Assembly: GCA_000934665.2 (NCBI GenBank)
Contig: JYFJ02002600.1
Location: 1 to 54,231, forward strand
Length of the DNA: 54,231 nucleotides
DNA from: Catajapyx aquilonaris
Taxonomy: Eukaryota
Reading direction: 5' to 3'
The notes beneath the pieces were generated by a model. It was not told where the DNA came from. It did not search any database and was given only the letters and a program-made list of their open reading frames with translations. Below are positions 42,200 to 53,386 of this stretch, piece by piece. Position 1 is the first letter of the stretch; every line of letters begins with the position of its first letter. Position numbers and translations under genes: made by a program.

Positions 42200-42620
42200 G
42201 CCGTCTCCACCCCCACCCACCAGACCCGGCTCGCCCGTCGTCGCCTACCACCTCCCCCAGTCGGACCTGCCTGCCTGCTTGCCCGCTGCCTGCTTCACCG
42301 CCGCCACCTCCCACCCTCTGCCTGTCCTACCCCTGCCCGCCTGCCTGCCTGCCATCATCCCCAGTCCCAGCTGATCCCCCCCGATGAGAAAATGGTAGGG
42401 TTATTGGTGGTGGGGGCTGGCTGGGGACGTGAATCGCAGGTTCGCCGCCTGGGAGATGGAGGAGGGCAGCAGCACGGGGGCGGCCCCGGACGACTGCGGC
42501 AGGGAGCCGGCCTCAGATGAGATGGGGCTGGGCCCGGGGGGGCCAAAGTCGGGGGGGCCCAGGGCCGCAGCACCGCCCCCGACGGACCCGGGCCCCAGTG
42601 GATCTGCCGCGGACACACAA
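42200..42620. promoter_or_regulatory. GC/CpG-rich 5' region of the RFX-like gene
   Basis: Sharp GC and CpG enrichment with (CCTG)n-like repeats over the first coding exon, in an otherwise AT-rich region. Confidence 0.55.
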
Positions 42621-42721
42621 CAGGTGGACTTGGAAGAAGCAGGAAAGAGGATTTGTCCCCTGCAGAACACTTTTGGGGCCCGCAGTCTTGACTTGTACAA
42701 GATCATTGAAACCGCCACTAG
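42456..42721 (+). CDS. RFX7: RFX5/RFX7-like regulatory factor X, first coding exon (start codon tentative)
   Basis: GAGATGG start, MEEGSSTGAAP...LDLYKIIETAT, strong donor AG|GTAAGG in phase 2 that joins in frame to the exon at 53201. Confidence 0.7.
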
Positions 42722-44849
42722 GTAAGGTGGTTAGTTGGCTACGTGCATAATGCACTAGGTAGGGAATGAGCCCTGACTGGTTATGCACATGAATTACCAC
42801 CTTTTCCTGTTGTCGCCTGTCAACCTCTTAGTATGTGATACGGCACAGGCGCAGTTTCTTTGTGTTTATGGTTGGCATTGCTTTGATCATTTTTTTGACA
42901 TGTACTCAGCCAGAGTTGGGTGTTGGAAGAGTGAGGATTGACCGTAGTTCTGTAGGATGGGTTTATTGCTGTTTCATCGTGGCTGCATGAACATTGCATA
43001 TTTGATAGTAAGATTTGATATTGCTTGCGAATTACAACTTGCTGGTTACAAAGTGACACTTTATTTTGAATGAACCCATTCACACTATTGAAAACAAAAG
43101 GGGATTCACAAGTAGCAATTTGATATGGTTTCCATTCAGTTCATGTTACAGGCAATGAAAGCCATTGCTAATGAACTAGGCCTAGGAGAGAACTAGTGTA
43201 GCTGAAGCCTGTATTAGGTGACACTTGAAGAGACGTTCCTCTACACATTAATTACTGATCGAAACAAGCCGTCGAGCTTGCAGTAAGTGTAACTGACACT
43301 TGATTTTGCCGTTAACCGACTTGTTTTTTTTGCCGATGCCCATGGAGCCAATGAACCTGTTGCACTGATCAACACATTTTCCCTGCAATTAAGCCGTAGA
43401 AGTGAGAGCACTTTTAAGGTTGTCTCCACCCAATGCGCACCACTCAGTCTGTCCTCCCAAGCAGCAAGAGAAAACACCTGCCTCGTGTTTTCAGATGCAT
43501 TACGTTATGAATGCAGGCAGAGTAATTCATTATTCTGTTGCTTATGTTACTTGAACAATCATGCGGCTGGTTCATATGAGCTGCCATACATTTATGAGGC
43601 ATCTCGTGTATAGTGCTGTAACTTTAGAAATAAAATTAGTAGTCTTTCCTTCCACACATTATGTACACATGTCAAATTACATGCACTGCTTGCAAAGTCA
43701 ATTGCATAGAGGTCTTGAAGGATAATCACCTTGGGCTTATCTGAGGGTATCAGATAGTGAACCAAAAATTTTGAGTTGTGAGGATGAGAATAATTTTAAT
43801 CTGAGTGTAAGTCAGTGTGTCAAGGATTTTTCCAATTGAAACCAAGAGAATATGTAGTACAAAATGACAAGCCAGACAATTTTATGCTAACACTGTTAAA
43901 AATAAATTGAGGAGCAATTCTGCTTTATTAAAGCCTTGCCTACCTGTGAACCAAAGGCTTGCTGCCAGGATTGATTTTGCTCCATGTATTGATAAATCTT
44001 AGTGGAACTTGCTTCTGAAAATATGAGATTAAAAAGTGAAATGTGGTGTTTCATGATGGATTGCAAAGACGTGGCCTGTCTAAACTGTGATCTAATTGAG
44101 CCGCGGTTTAAACCTCGTCTCCAGGCTATACGTCATCTTTGCAAGCAGAATCCTGGTTTAAACTGTGATCTAACTGAGCCGTGGTTTAAACTCCTTCGCA
44201 ATCCCTGAGTTGTGAAATATGATCTTGAAATCCTAATTTGTAGCATTGTTGCTCTTGAAATGGTCGTGGAAAGTGCTAGGAACCTTCTAGAATTATTATT
44301 TTTATGGAAATGGCAGATTATGCCCCATTTTTTTGAGCTGCATTTTGTTTACTAAACCTCTATGTTAATATTAAATTAGCAAATGTGCATTCATTTACCC
44401 TGCTTTAAAACTTAAAACTGTGATTGTAGGATACTGATTTCTGTCGTCTATTGAAGTCTCTTACGTCTGGAGATGACTGAATGTAGAAACTGCTATATTC
44501 AGCTACCTGGAATAATTGAGCACTTGGATTGGGGCGCAAAAAGCTACACAAAAACAACTACTTCAGGAAATATTAATTATAACCGAAAATCACCCTGATA
44601 CTTATAACATCCAAATATTTGGGTGTTCCATCAAAAAAATAAGTGTAAGTTTTTCACAAAGCACATCTTTAGTTGTTAATTATAGGTTTTTGAAAAGTTT
44701 TCACACCATTATTAAGTACATTTCTAATTTTATATGATTTGTAAGAATTAGTTTGAATGAAATATTTTCAAAATTACGAGCTGTGTTAGAGCAACAGATT
44801 AATTTTATTTAAAATAAGGGCCAGAATGTAGGTAGAGTAGAATCCACAA

Positions 44850-45128
44850 CCCTGGAACAGTGACGTGCCTGAAAGTCAACTGTGACATGGGGTCTTTTAG
44901 GACCCCATGCCATATGTTAATTTTTATTAATTTTTGTATAATACTTTTCAATGTATTGACTATATGCAATAATTCTTTGAACAATGCCTAAAATGATCGC
45001 TAATTCAAAATAAACATGCACTTCCTGTTATATACTTTAAAAAATGGCAAACAGTTCATTATAATTATCATTTTAATGCATTTTATTTCCTTTGGGGTCC
45101 TAAAAGACCCCACGTCATGATTCCATGG
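44850..45128. mobile_element. piggyBac-like MITE, internally deleted relative of 11356-11817
   Basis: Shared ends and body (gtattgacta.atgcaat.attctttgaacaatgcctaa); right TTAA intact. Confidence 0.85.
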
Positions 45129-45459
45129 TTAACAAACTATGAAGTTACAAAAATGATGGAAATTATATGTAAGTCAATGAATATGTAGTGTTGTTTTCTT
45201 TACATTATATACATAATTGAACTTATGAAATATTTGCAGGTTAAATTTAGAACAATTTGTAAAGCTGAGTTAAATGTACAATTTATGTATTATTATTATA
45301 TTTCTTTTCAATTTCTTATATGTTTAATGATGGAAACATGCTACTTATGTTTTTCAATGTTTTTATGAATGAAAATGTAAATATTTACAATATAAGCAAT
45401 TTTTATGAGTTAAGTTTTGCAGTCCTGTGAAATTGCAAAAATTGGTCCAGATCAATTCC

Positions 45460-45551
45460 CATTCTGTGGGTAGCATTCATTTACGAATAATTGAGTAACT
45501 CTTAGACAAGAGTTACTCAATTATTCGTAAATGAATGCTACCCACAGAATG
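45460..45551. repeat. Perfect hairpin: 44-bp stem, 4-nt loop
   Basis: cattctgtgggtagcattcatttacgaataattgagtaactctt-agac-exact reverse complement. Confidence 0.95.
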
Positions 45552-45584
45552 CTGTATAAGAATTGATTTCAGTAGGAAGCTACA

Positions 45585-46369
45585 CAAAGTGTTTCTTACT
45601 AGGATGTGGTCCAGCCAGCAGCATGCTCTTTGGCCCAAAACAAGTCACAAATTGGTGGCGTGGTGGTCTGGTGGTTACGCCACTGGCCAGCCAAGCGGGA
45701 GGCGGGGGTTCAAATCCCGTCCCCGTCACCTCTGCTTGGTCGGGTCTTTTTCTGCTTTTCACCTGACATGCCGGGGCAGAATACTCTGCCCAGGGCCAGG
45801 AGAAAAGGTCTGGTGTATTTGAGAGTCAGAAATGACTAATTACAGTGCACTCCCTTGGGAACCTCCCCCTTCCCCCCTAAAAGGGCTCTGCCCTATCATG
45901 CGAGTATGTAAAAAAAAAAAAAAACACACAAATGTAGGGGGGAGAAATGTCTAGGGACCAAACGGTAACAAGGTAGAAGACCAGACACATCGGCCTGCCC
46001 CTAGGCACATTTGGCAATGCAAAGAACACCTGCTAATAGGGAGGACTCGTGCACCTGTAGTGGTTGCCTAGGGAGTGTGATAATCATTACTGATGAGGTT
46101 TTGCGAGATCGTCTCTTTTGCAGTAGTGATTCGTGCCCTCATACCCTCTTCCCAGGCAACCATTGTAAGGTGAGTGGGTCCACCTGTCAGGCAATCTCCT
46201 TACAAGGTGTCGTGTGTGTTGTTAGGCGTGTGTAGGGGCAGGCCAATATGTCTGTTATCTACCTCGTTGCCTGTTTGACACTCGACATTTCTCACCTCTA
46301 CATTTTTGACTTGTTTTGGGCCAACAAGTATGCTGCCTACTGGACAACATACCCGTAAGAAACACCCTG
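45585..46369. mobile_element. Tc1/mariner-type MITE whose left arm is interrupted by a SINE
   Basis: gtgtttcttac...ttggcccaaaacaagtca / tgacttgttttgggccaa...gtaagaaacaccctg|TA. Confidence 0.8.
45653..45926 (+). mobile_element. tRNA-derived SINE, family A, poly(A) tail
   Basis: A box TGGTCTGGTGG, B box GGTTCAAATCC, TSD CACAAAT (45646-45652 / 45927-45933). Confidence 0.9.
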
Positions 46370-47045
46370 TATATTTTTGAGCATGTGTAGGGTACTACTG
46401 GGCACCAAAGTGTGTTTGGTTCTAACATACATGCTTTGCCTTTTACAAGTGCTCCATTAAAACCATTGAAAGGAATCAAAATTTAGGATCAGTTTTCATC
46501 CTCTCTGACAACAAAATAACGATAATGATGATGATAGGATACCCCGTGATAGACCTATGGCCTTTTAGTCTTTATTAACACAGTGCTAATGATAGATTTT
46601 GAATGTGGTATGAAACAGGAGAACCCAAGAAAGCTCATGCAAACATAAAAGAATCATTGAAAGTTGCCTTTAATTGTACACGCAGTGCAGGGAATGGTAG
46701 GAATTTTGATTCATATTATGGTGTTTTGTGAAATACTTTACAAGGGAACATGCGTCATTGTGACACTTAGTTTCAACATTTTTGGCATGAAAGGTCATGA
46801 AAGATAGTCTGCAAAGGAGCACAAGGTGTGAGTTAGGGAATACTATTTTTTTTTTCAAATGATAGATTACTCTGGCTCGCTAGATAAGTAAACATTTTAT
46901 GGCCCACTTCCGTACACCTGAGTTCACCTTGTTGCATAGGTTGTGGGATACTTAAAGATAAGACAAATCTTATCAGCAGGTGTGATCAATCAGCCTGTAG
47001 CAACCTACCCAATTCTAAGGTTTATATTTTATTTGTGGACACTTT

Positions 47046-47381
47046 TTTTTTAAATTATTATATTTTGAATATTTAATTTACCCCGTGATAGGGCTGAGCC
47101 CTTGTAGGGGGGTGGCACACCACCATCTGTTTTCTAGAGTGTGTTTACTTCATTCTCTGGTGCAAGGAATCAAGGACATAGGGGGAGGGGACACAGGTGC
47201 AAGTGCATTGTCTCAAATTGGGCCATGTGCAGTCACCCTGGAGGTTAGGTTGCCAGACACCTCGAAGGTGCAGGTCAGAGACCTCCCGACACAGGTGAAA
47301 GGGAACTCCCAGACGGGGATCGAACCTGGGGCCTTTCACTCAGCAAGCCGAGACGTTACAATCTCGGCCACCACACCTCCC
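47046..47381 (-). mobile_element. tRNA-derived SINE, family C
   Basis: 16-bp TSD TATTTGTGGACACTTT (47030-47045 / 47382-47397); A-box-like TGGCCGAGATTG, B box GGTTCGATCCC, A-rich tail. Confidence 0.88.
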
Positions 47382-48035
47382 TATTTGTGGACACTTTGCA
47401 TGCAACATTTATTAATTTTACAATGCATGTAATTGAGTGTGGCAATGTGCAGATCATAATGTATTTTTGAAGAAGTTTCAGCTGTCAGCTAATAAATTGT
47501 GAGGCATTTTGACAATGACAATATGGATCAATAGTATTCTGATGGAATAGTGCAGTGTAGAGCAAGAAATGCAGGTTCAGCAGGAAAGGTAGCCTTGGCA
47601 TGCAAAGCTGGCACACCAAACATAAAATGAGCAATACTTCCGGCCTTGTACTCTGAAAACAGATGTGAGCTTTGCCATCATTATTTTTCAGGGGTCCCGA
47701 CAAAAACAATGAATCAAGCTTTCACAGAAATACAGGATGTTGCAAGTTGGTGGATTGTGTTTGGTAATATTGCCCAAAATAGTTATTTTTGTGTCATTTG
47801 TTTCACCCTAATTCAGGGGTCCCATTATTCCCAAGGGGTCGAATAATTATAGCAGTTGCTATACACCGTGTCGATGAAATAAGTGCGCATTTTTTGAGGA
47901 ATGATAGAGGGGACAGAGACAATATTTTTCACCTAGGAACCAGTGTCCGGTAACGCCATCTAGAAGGAGTTCACAGATAAGGAATGGGTCACTCAGATGC
48001 GTTTCCGGACATGGGTTCCTATATTAAATGTTTGT

Positions 48036-48300
48036 GGGGAGACGGAGTGGCGCCGCGGTAACGCGCGCGCCCACGGAAGTTAAGGTCCCGGGTTCAATCC
48101 CCACCCGGGGTTCCCACCTTCTTTCGTGCAGAGTTGGGCCATCTCTGGCTTCGTTTCGGGTGGCAATTTCCGGCAGACTAAGCCACCCGGGGGAGTTCAC
48201 AAAATGACGATTAGAGACATTGCACTTGCACNNNNNCCCCCCCCCCCCCCCTAAGGAGTAGTATAACTCCCCCCGTGGGGTAATGAAAAAAAAAAAAAAT
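48036..48300 (+). mobile_element. tRNA-derived SINE, family B (contains a small N gap), inside a decayed Tc1/mariner-type MITE (about 47863-48484)
   Basis: 12-bp TSD TTAAATGTTTGT (48024-48035 / 48301-48312), poly(A) tail, high similarity to 38294-38626. Confidence 0.88.
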
Positions 48301-48712
48301 TTAAATGTTTGTCTTGTCCCGTCTATTACCCCTAGAAGTTTGTCAGTCCGCTCGCCTCTTGCCTGACGTGTCTGAACCAACCCGGTCCTTATCTACTGGT
48401 TAGGAGCACAACAAGCTACAAAAAATAACAGCTTTGAGGGAAATTTCCTGTAACTAAAAGTACTAATATACTTGCAACACCCTGTATATACTGTTAAATA
48501 TACAATACTAGCAGGTTACCTGGCAGTGGAAGCGGTACAACAGGAAAAACTGTCATATGCTGCAAAATCTTGCAGAAAGCAAGCCACTTTGCACAGACGT
48601 TCCATACACCAAGACGATCAATTTGACCCGCAGCACCCTGTCCCCTGACCTTGTGGGGTCAAATGGCGGCCATTTTTGAAAAAAAGGTCATTTATTTTTT
48701 GTAAATTCCAAA

Positions 48713-49003
48713 CAAAGAGTTCTGCTATTATATAATATAATACCTAGAGGAGGTACTCCCTATCCTTTTCCATTAGACAAGCTGAGGCAGCCGCCATCTT
48801 GTTGGAGGTCATATTGTTGTTCTAACAGTTGTCTAGCAACTGGTACAACAACCAATAATGACAACTGGGCGACAATTAGTTCAAATAATGTCAGGCGTCC
48901 GCCATCTTGTTGGAGGTCATATTGTTGCCTGCATTGTTGCCTGCCTCACATTTCAGGCCGAGTACCTCCTCTAGGTGTATATATAATATAGCAGAACCCT
49001 TTG
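48713..49003. mobile_element. 291-bp MITE with 8-bp TSD (P-element-like CAAAG ends; hAT not excluded) inserted in the left Academ arm
   Basis: TSD ATTCCAAA at 48705-48712 and 49004-49011; TIRs CAAAGAGTTCTGCTAT...GAGGAGGTACTC / GAGTACCTCCTC...ATAGCAGAACCCTTTG; the empty site is visible in the right arm at 51857-51864. Confidence 0.9.
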
Positions 49004-50455
49004 ATTCCAAATTGCCTCTCCATGGCAATGTTGGTGTCATTTCCGCATATTTCGAGGTCGACAAGTCGATTGGTAACATTCAGGAGGTCATAATGTCACT
49101 AGTTTGTGACCTATGACCTCTATTTTGAAATTACCCTACTGGGCTATGTCTAATGGTATTTGCGACTAAAAGGTGGCATGTGAGGTATCGTTTAGATATA
49201 ATTTGATGTCACTGAAACCGAAAACGACAATAAAAATTCGGAATAATGCATCCGGTGACCTGTGGGGCGCCATATTGGGTTTCAACTTAAACCCTTTGAT
49301 GGGGATATCCACCCGTAAGCGAATAGTAGACGTGTTTGGTATCCTTGTAGCATAATTCGAGGTCGCTAAGACGATGGGTCATATTCAGAAGGTCCGAAGG
49401 TCACTAGTTTGTGACCTATGGCCGCCACTTTGAAATTATCATACCTGAAAATGTCTAAAGGTATTTGCATATGATGTGTGGCTTGTGAGGTGTCGATTAC
49501 ATATAATTTGCTGTCACTGAAACCAAAAAGGACACTAAGAATCTCGAATCATGCTTTCTGAGACCACACAATCACCATATTGGATTTCAACTGAAGCCCT
49601 TAGGTGGGGATATGCACCCGTAAGAGAATAGTACACGTTCTTGGTGTCCTTACCACATTCCTTGCGATCGCTGCAGCCAGAAATGATACGTACCGTTACT
49701 TTTTACGTGATGTCAAGTCTATTGATTTTAGGTTAGATAAACTTAATATTTCTTTTCTTTTCCTTGGTGAAATTGGTGTTCTGGTCGCCACCACTTAGAG
49801 CTAATTTTCTTCAACTCCTGAATATCTTGTGCTGAAAAAATAATTGCTGTTATATTAGAATCTGAGAAGTCGCACAAAAATTGCATGATATGCACTAAGA
49901 TTTGACTTGCCTCTTGTTGCTGCATTCTCCTTTGCATTTCTTACCATTGAGAGTGCATGGCATTATGGCAATGACTTCCTCATGCAAATGCAGCGCATTG
50001 TGTCGCATTTTGAGGCGCATCCGCACCTATCGAGGGCTCGACAAACTGGCCAGATCTCGTCGTCCTTATCGGACCACACAGGCGTCCATGTAGCTCCAGT
50101 ACGTATCCAACAAAAGCGGTACATAGCCGTCCACTCGATTGCTACGATGGTGGGACACAGGAAATGTGATGCTCTCCGTTCTTCCACGTGGTTAGTGGCT
50201 GCGATACAACATCTTTGTTCAGCTCCATGGTGGAACGCGTGGATGGATGATAAGACCACTGATGCATTTGTGTCAATATCGTTACCAGGATCTGCTCCGA
50301 ATCAAGCTGTAATCGATGCTTTCGTGAGATATACAGTGCACATGTACGGCATCATAGACACTGGCGTTTCGGATGGGAATGCGGCACGCAAACATCTCTT
50401 CGCCACCGAAAACAAGCCAGTGACCCTTCCCACTGCAGCTGCTCTGAAGCAACAT

Positions 50456-50667
50456 CAGGGTCTGAACTTTTTTGTCCGAACAATTATCGGAAATATTGCA
50501 CTAAGCTGCTAATTTTTTTACCAGTGACTTGCAACCAATGATGCCTCCCTGGCTTTATCAGTTGAGGGATGTGCCAGGAATAATGTTGCGCCATATTCTG
50601 GCTACATAGCTAGAAGATACATAAGCTTTTCCGATAACTGTTCGGACAAAAAAGTTGAGACACCCTG
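50456..50667. mobile_element. Tc1/mariner-type MITE inserted in the Academ coding remnant
   Basis: cagggtctgaacttttttgtccgaaca / tgttcggacaaaaaagttgagacaccctg|TA; removing it restores ...KQH-ILRAAYQ. Confidence 0.88.
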
Positions 50668-52717
50668 TATATTGAGAGCTGCATACCAAGCCGGTCATAT
50701 TTGGGGCAGGGCAGACAGTCTTGACGCAGCAGGTCCACCGTCACCGGAGCACTGGGGTTGGATACGTACTGGAGCTACATGGACGCCTGTGTGGTCCGAT
50801 AAGGACGACGAGATCTGGCCAGTTTGTCGAGCCCTCGATAGGTGCGGATGCGCCTCAAAATGCGACACAATGCGCTGCATTTGCATGAGGAAGTCATTGC
50901 CATAATGCCATGCACTCTCAATGGTAAGAAATGCAAAGGAGAATGCAGCAACAAGAGGCAAGTCAAATCTTAGTGCATATCATGCAATTTTTGTGTGACT
51001 TCTCAGATTCTAATATAACAGCAATTATTTTTTCAGTACAAGATATTCAGGAGTTGAAGAAAATTAGCTCTAAGCGGTGGCGACCAGAACACCAATTTCA
51101 CCAAGGAAAAGAAAAGAAATATTAAGTTTATCTAACCTAAAATCAATAAACTTGACATCACGTAAAAGGTAACGGTACGTATCATTTCTGGCTGCAGCGA
51201 TCGCAAGGAATGTGGTAAGGACACCAAGCACGTGTACTATTCTCTTACGGGTGCATATCCCCACCTAAGGGCTTCAGTTGAAATCCAATATGGTGATTGT
51301 GTGGTCTCAGAAAGCATGATTAGAGATTCTTAGTGTCATTTTTGGTTTCAGTGACAGCAAATTATATGTAATCGACACCTCACAAGCCACACATCATATG
51401 CAAATACCTTCAGACATTTTCAGGTATAATAATTTCAAAGTGGCGGCCATAGGTCACAAACTAGTGACCTTCGGACCTTCTGAATATGACCCATCGTCTT
51501 AGCGACCTCGAATTATGCTACAAGGATACCAAACACGTCTACTATTCGCTTACGGGTGGATATCCCCATCAAAGGGTTTAAGTTGAAACCCAATATGGCG
51601 CCCCACAGGTCACCGGATGCATTATTCCGAATTTTTATTGTCGTTTTCGGTTTCAGTGACATCAAATTATATCTAAACGATACCTCACATGCCACCTTTT
51701 AGTCGCAAATACCATTAGACATAGCCCAGTAGGGTAATTTCAAAATAGAGGTCATAGGTCACAAACTAGTGACCTTATGACCTCCTGCATGTTACCAATC
51801 GACTTGTCGACCTCGAAATATGCGGAAATGACACCAACATTGCCATGGAGAGGCAATTTGGAATTTACAAAAAATAAATGACCTTTTTTTCAAAAATGGC
51901 CGCCATTTGACCCCACAAGGTCAGGGGACAGGGTGCTGCTGGTCAAATTGATCGTCTTGGTCTATAGAACATCTGTGCAAAGTGGCTTGCTTTCTGCAAG
52001 ATTTTGCAGCATATTTTTGTGTACCGCTTCGACTATTGCCTGGGAATGTTATGGTGGTAGTGGTCGGGATATCCATATCTATATTATTTTTATGACGTTT
52101 GTTTATAAAATTAATTCCATATACACTCGATATGCCTTAAAACAGGTCTTATGGGCCATTGTGTAGTAGGCTAATTGCAAACAATAAGCCGGCTACTTTT
52201 TTAAATTTTTGTGGTACATTTCTCAATATGACTTATGCCCTTTTCCATGTCAATGCCTCAATTATTGACTTACCCCCTTCTTGCACCATACCCTTCAATA
52301 TTATTGCAGTAATTCTTGATGATGCTGGAGCCAAAGCTGTTGCACATGGTGTAAAGTCAGGTGTCTATTGTTAGACACAACTTCTCAGTATGGAGAAATG
52401 GAAAGCCATTGTTGTGTTGTTGCTTCTGTGCAGCTTGTCTGGCTGCTTTAAGTTCTAGATGGGACTGGCATTGACTGTCTGTTTCATGCTGCCTCTTAGG
52501 CTATCTTCACACGATGCCACCATGGCAGTGCTGCCGCATAAATTAGGCAGCACTTCTCTGGCAGCATGTTGCAGATTTGTTAGCCACCACGGACGCGCTG
52601 CCAGCCGAGCAAGGTCTCAAAATGCATGTCTGGCGGCATGTCAGGAAGAGGTTCAAGTTTCCATGGAAATGCCCCAAACAAAAATAGTAGTAAACAGTGT
52701 CTTTCTAGATGGTTGTA

Positions 52718-52891
52718 AGGCCCATACACACAGGCCATCGACGGTTTTGGTCTTTGGTCGCGTTGACGCCGCGGACCAATCATGACTAATGTAAACAAGC
52801 TCAACACGGTCTTGTGTTGCGCTTGTTGATTGGTCCGCGGCGTCAACGTGACCAAAGACCAAAACCGTCGACGGCCTGTGTGTATGCACCT
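52718..52891. mobile_element. PIF/Harbinger (Tourist)-like hairpin MITE
   Basis: aggcccatacacacaggcc...cgcggaccaatca / tgattggtccgcg...ggcctgtgtgtatgcacct, about 65-bp arms, TWA-like flanks. Confidence 0.75.
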
Positions 52892-53200
52892 TTATGGTGC
52901 AAGGAGAGGAGTTATAGGGTGATGTGGGAGTAAGGCTCATTTTCGGAAGCTGAAACATGTGACATCAAATTCCTTGAAAAAAGTAATCCCCGCCGTGCTA
53001 GTGTAAGGTGGTGTAGGGGCATTCCCCTGGATTTCCATAGCGAACACATCCACCCACATCGTCATTTATAGATGTAAATTACATAAATGTTTCAATGTGT
53101 GCACATTAGTTTTAGTCTGTAGTTGACATTCATAGTGTTTTGACTGATTACTGGTATTTGAGATAAATGTCTAATAGGTGAATTTTATTTTCCTTTCCAG

Positions 53201-53326
53201 TCCTGAGTGTAAAAAATCTATCGAAGGAATTTTGGATCAGATACAGCAGTTATCAGCAGTGGAAAAACTGTTTTTATATTTGAAGTTACCAACTGGGAAG
53301 TCGGTGGAAGTGGACCCCTTAAAACA
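53201..53326 (+). CDS. RFX7: RFX5/RFX7-like regulatory factor X, second coding exon (gene continues beyond window)
   Basis: Acceptor ttttattttcctttccag, donor CA|GTGAGT. Encodes PECKKSIEGILDQIQQLSAVEKLFLYLKLPTGKSVEVDPLK, matching the RFX5/7 N-terminal motif (V.GILQ.V.KF...KLYLYLQLPSG) that precedes the DNA-binding domain. Confidence 0.82.
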
Positions 53327-53386
53327 GTGAGTATTCCATTGTTATTGCATCTAGTTCTCACTGACTTGTATATAAAAGCAGCTATA

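Larger units (their letters stand above)
48524..52035. mobile_element. Academ (AcademX)-type non-autonomous fold-back element with about 1.28-kb inverted arms
   Basis: Arms 48524-50111 and 50757-52035; ends CAGTGGAAGCGGTAC / GTACCGCTTCGACTA (TAG...CTA type). The centre encodes a broken XPG/FEN1-like plus Cys-rich C-terminus: RYIAVHSIA..., PFFHVVSGCDTTSLF, AARKHLF, LPTAAALKQH|ILRAAYQAGHIW, PSPEHWGW, CGCASKCDTMRCIC. Confidence 0.8.

Noticed and set aside
42384..42439. Alternative upstream start MRKW joined through a 45-nt intron to the RFX exon
   Set aside because: In frame, but the intron is shorter than any other here and has no polypyrimidine tract.
46070..46100. CTGATGAG hammerhead-ribozyme core
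   Set aside because: No stem II followed by GAAA; the catalytic core is incomplete.
49907..50512. 201-aa ORF as a functional gene
   Set aside because: Chimera of antisense arm sequence, frameshifted Academ remnant and MITE sequence.
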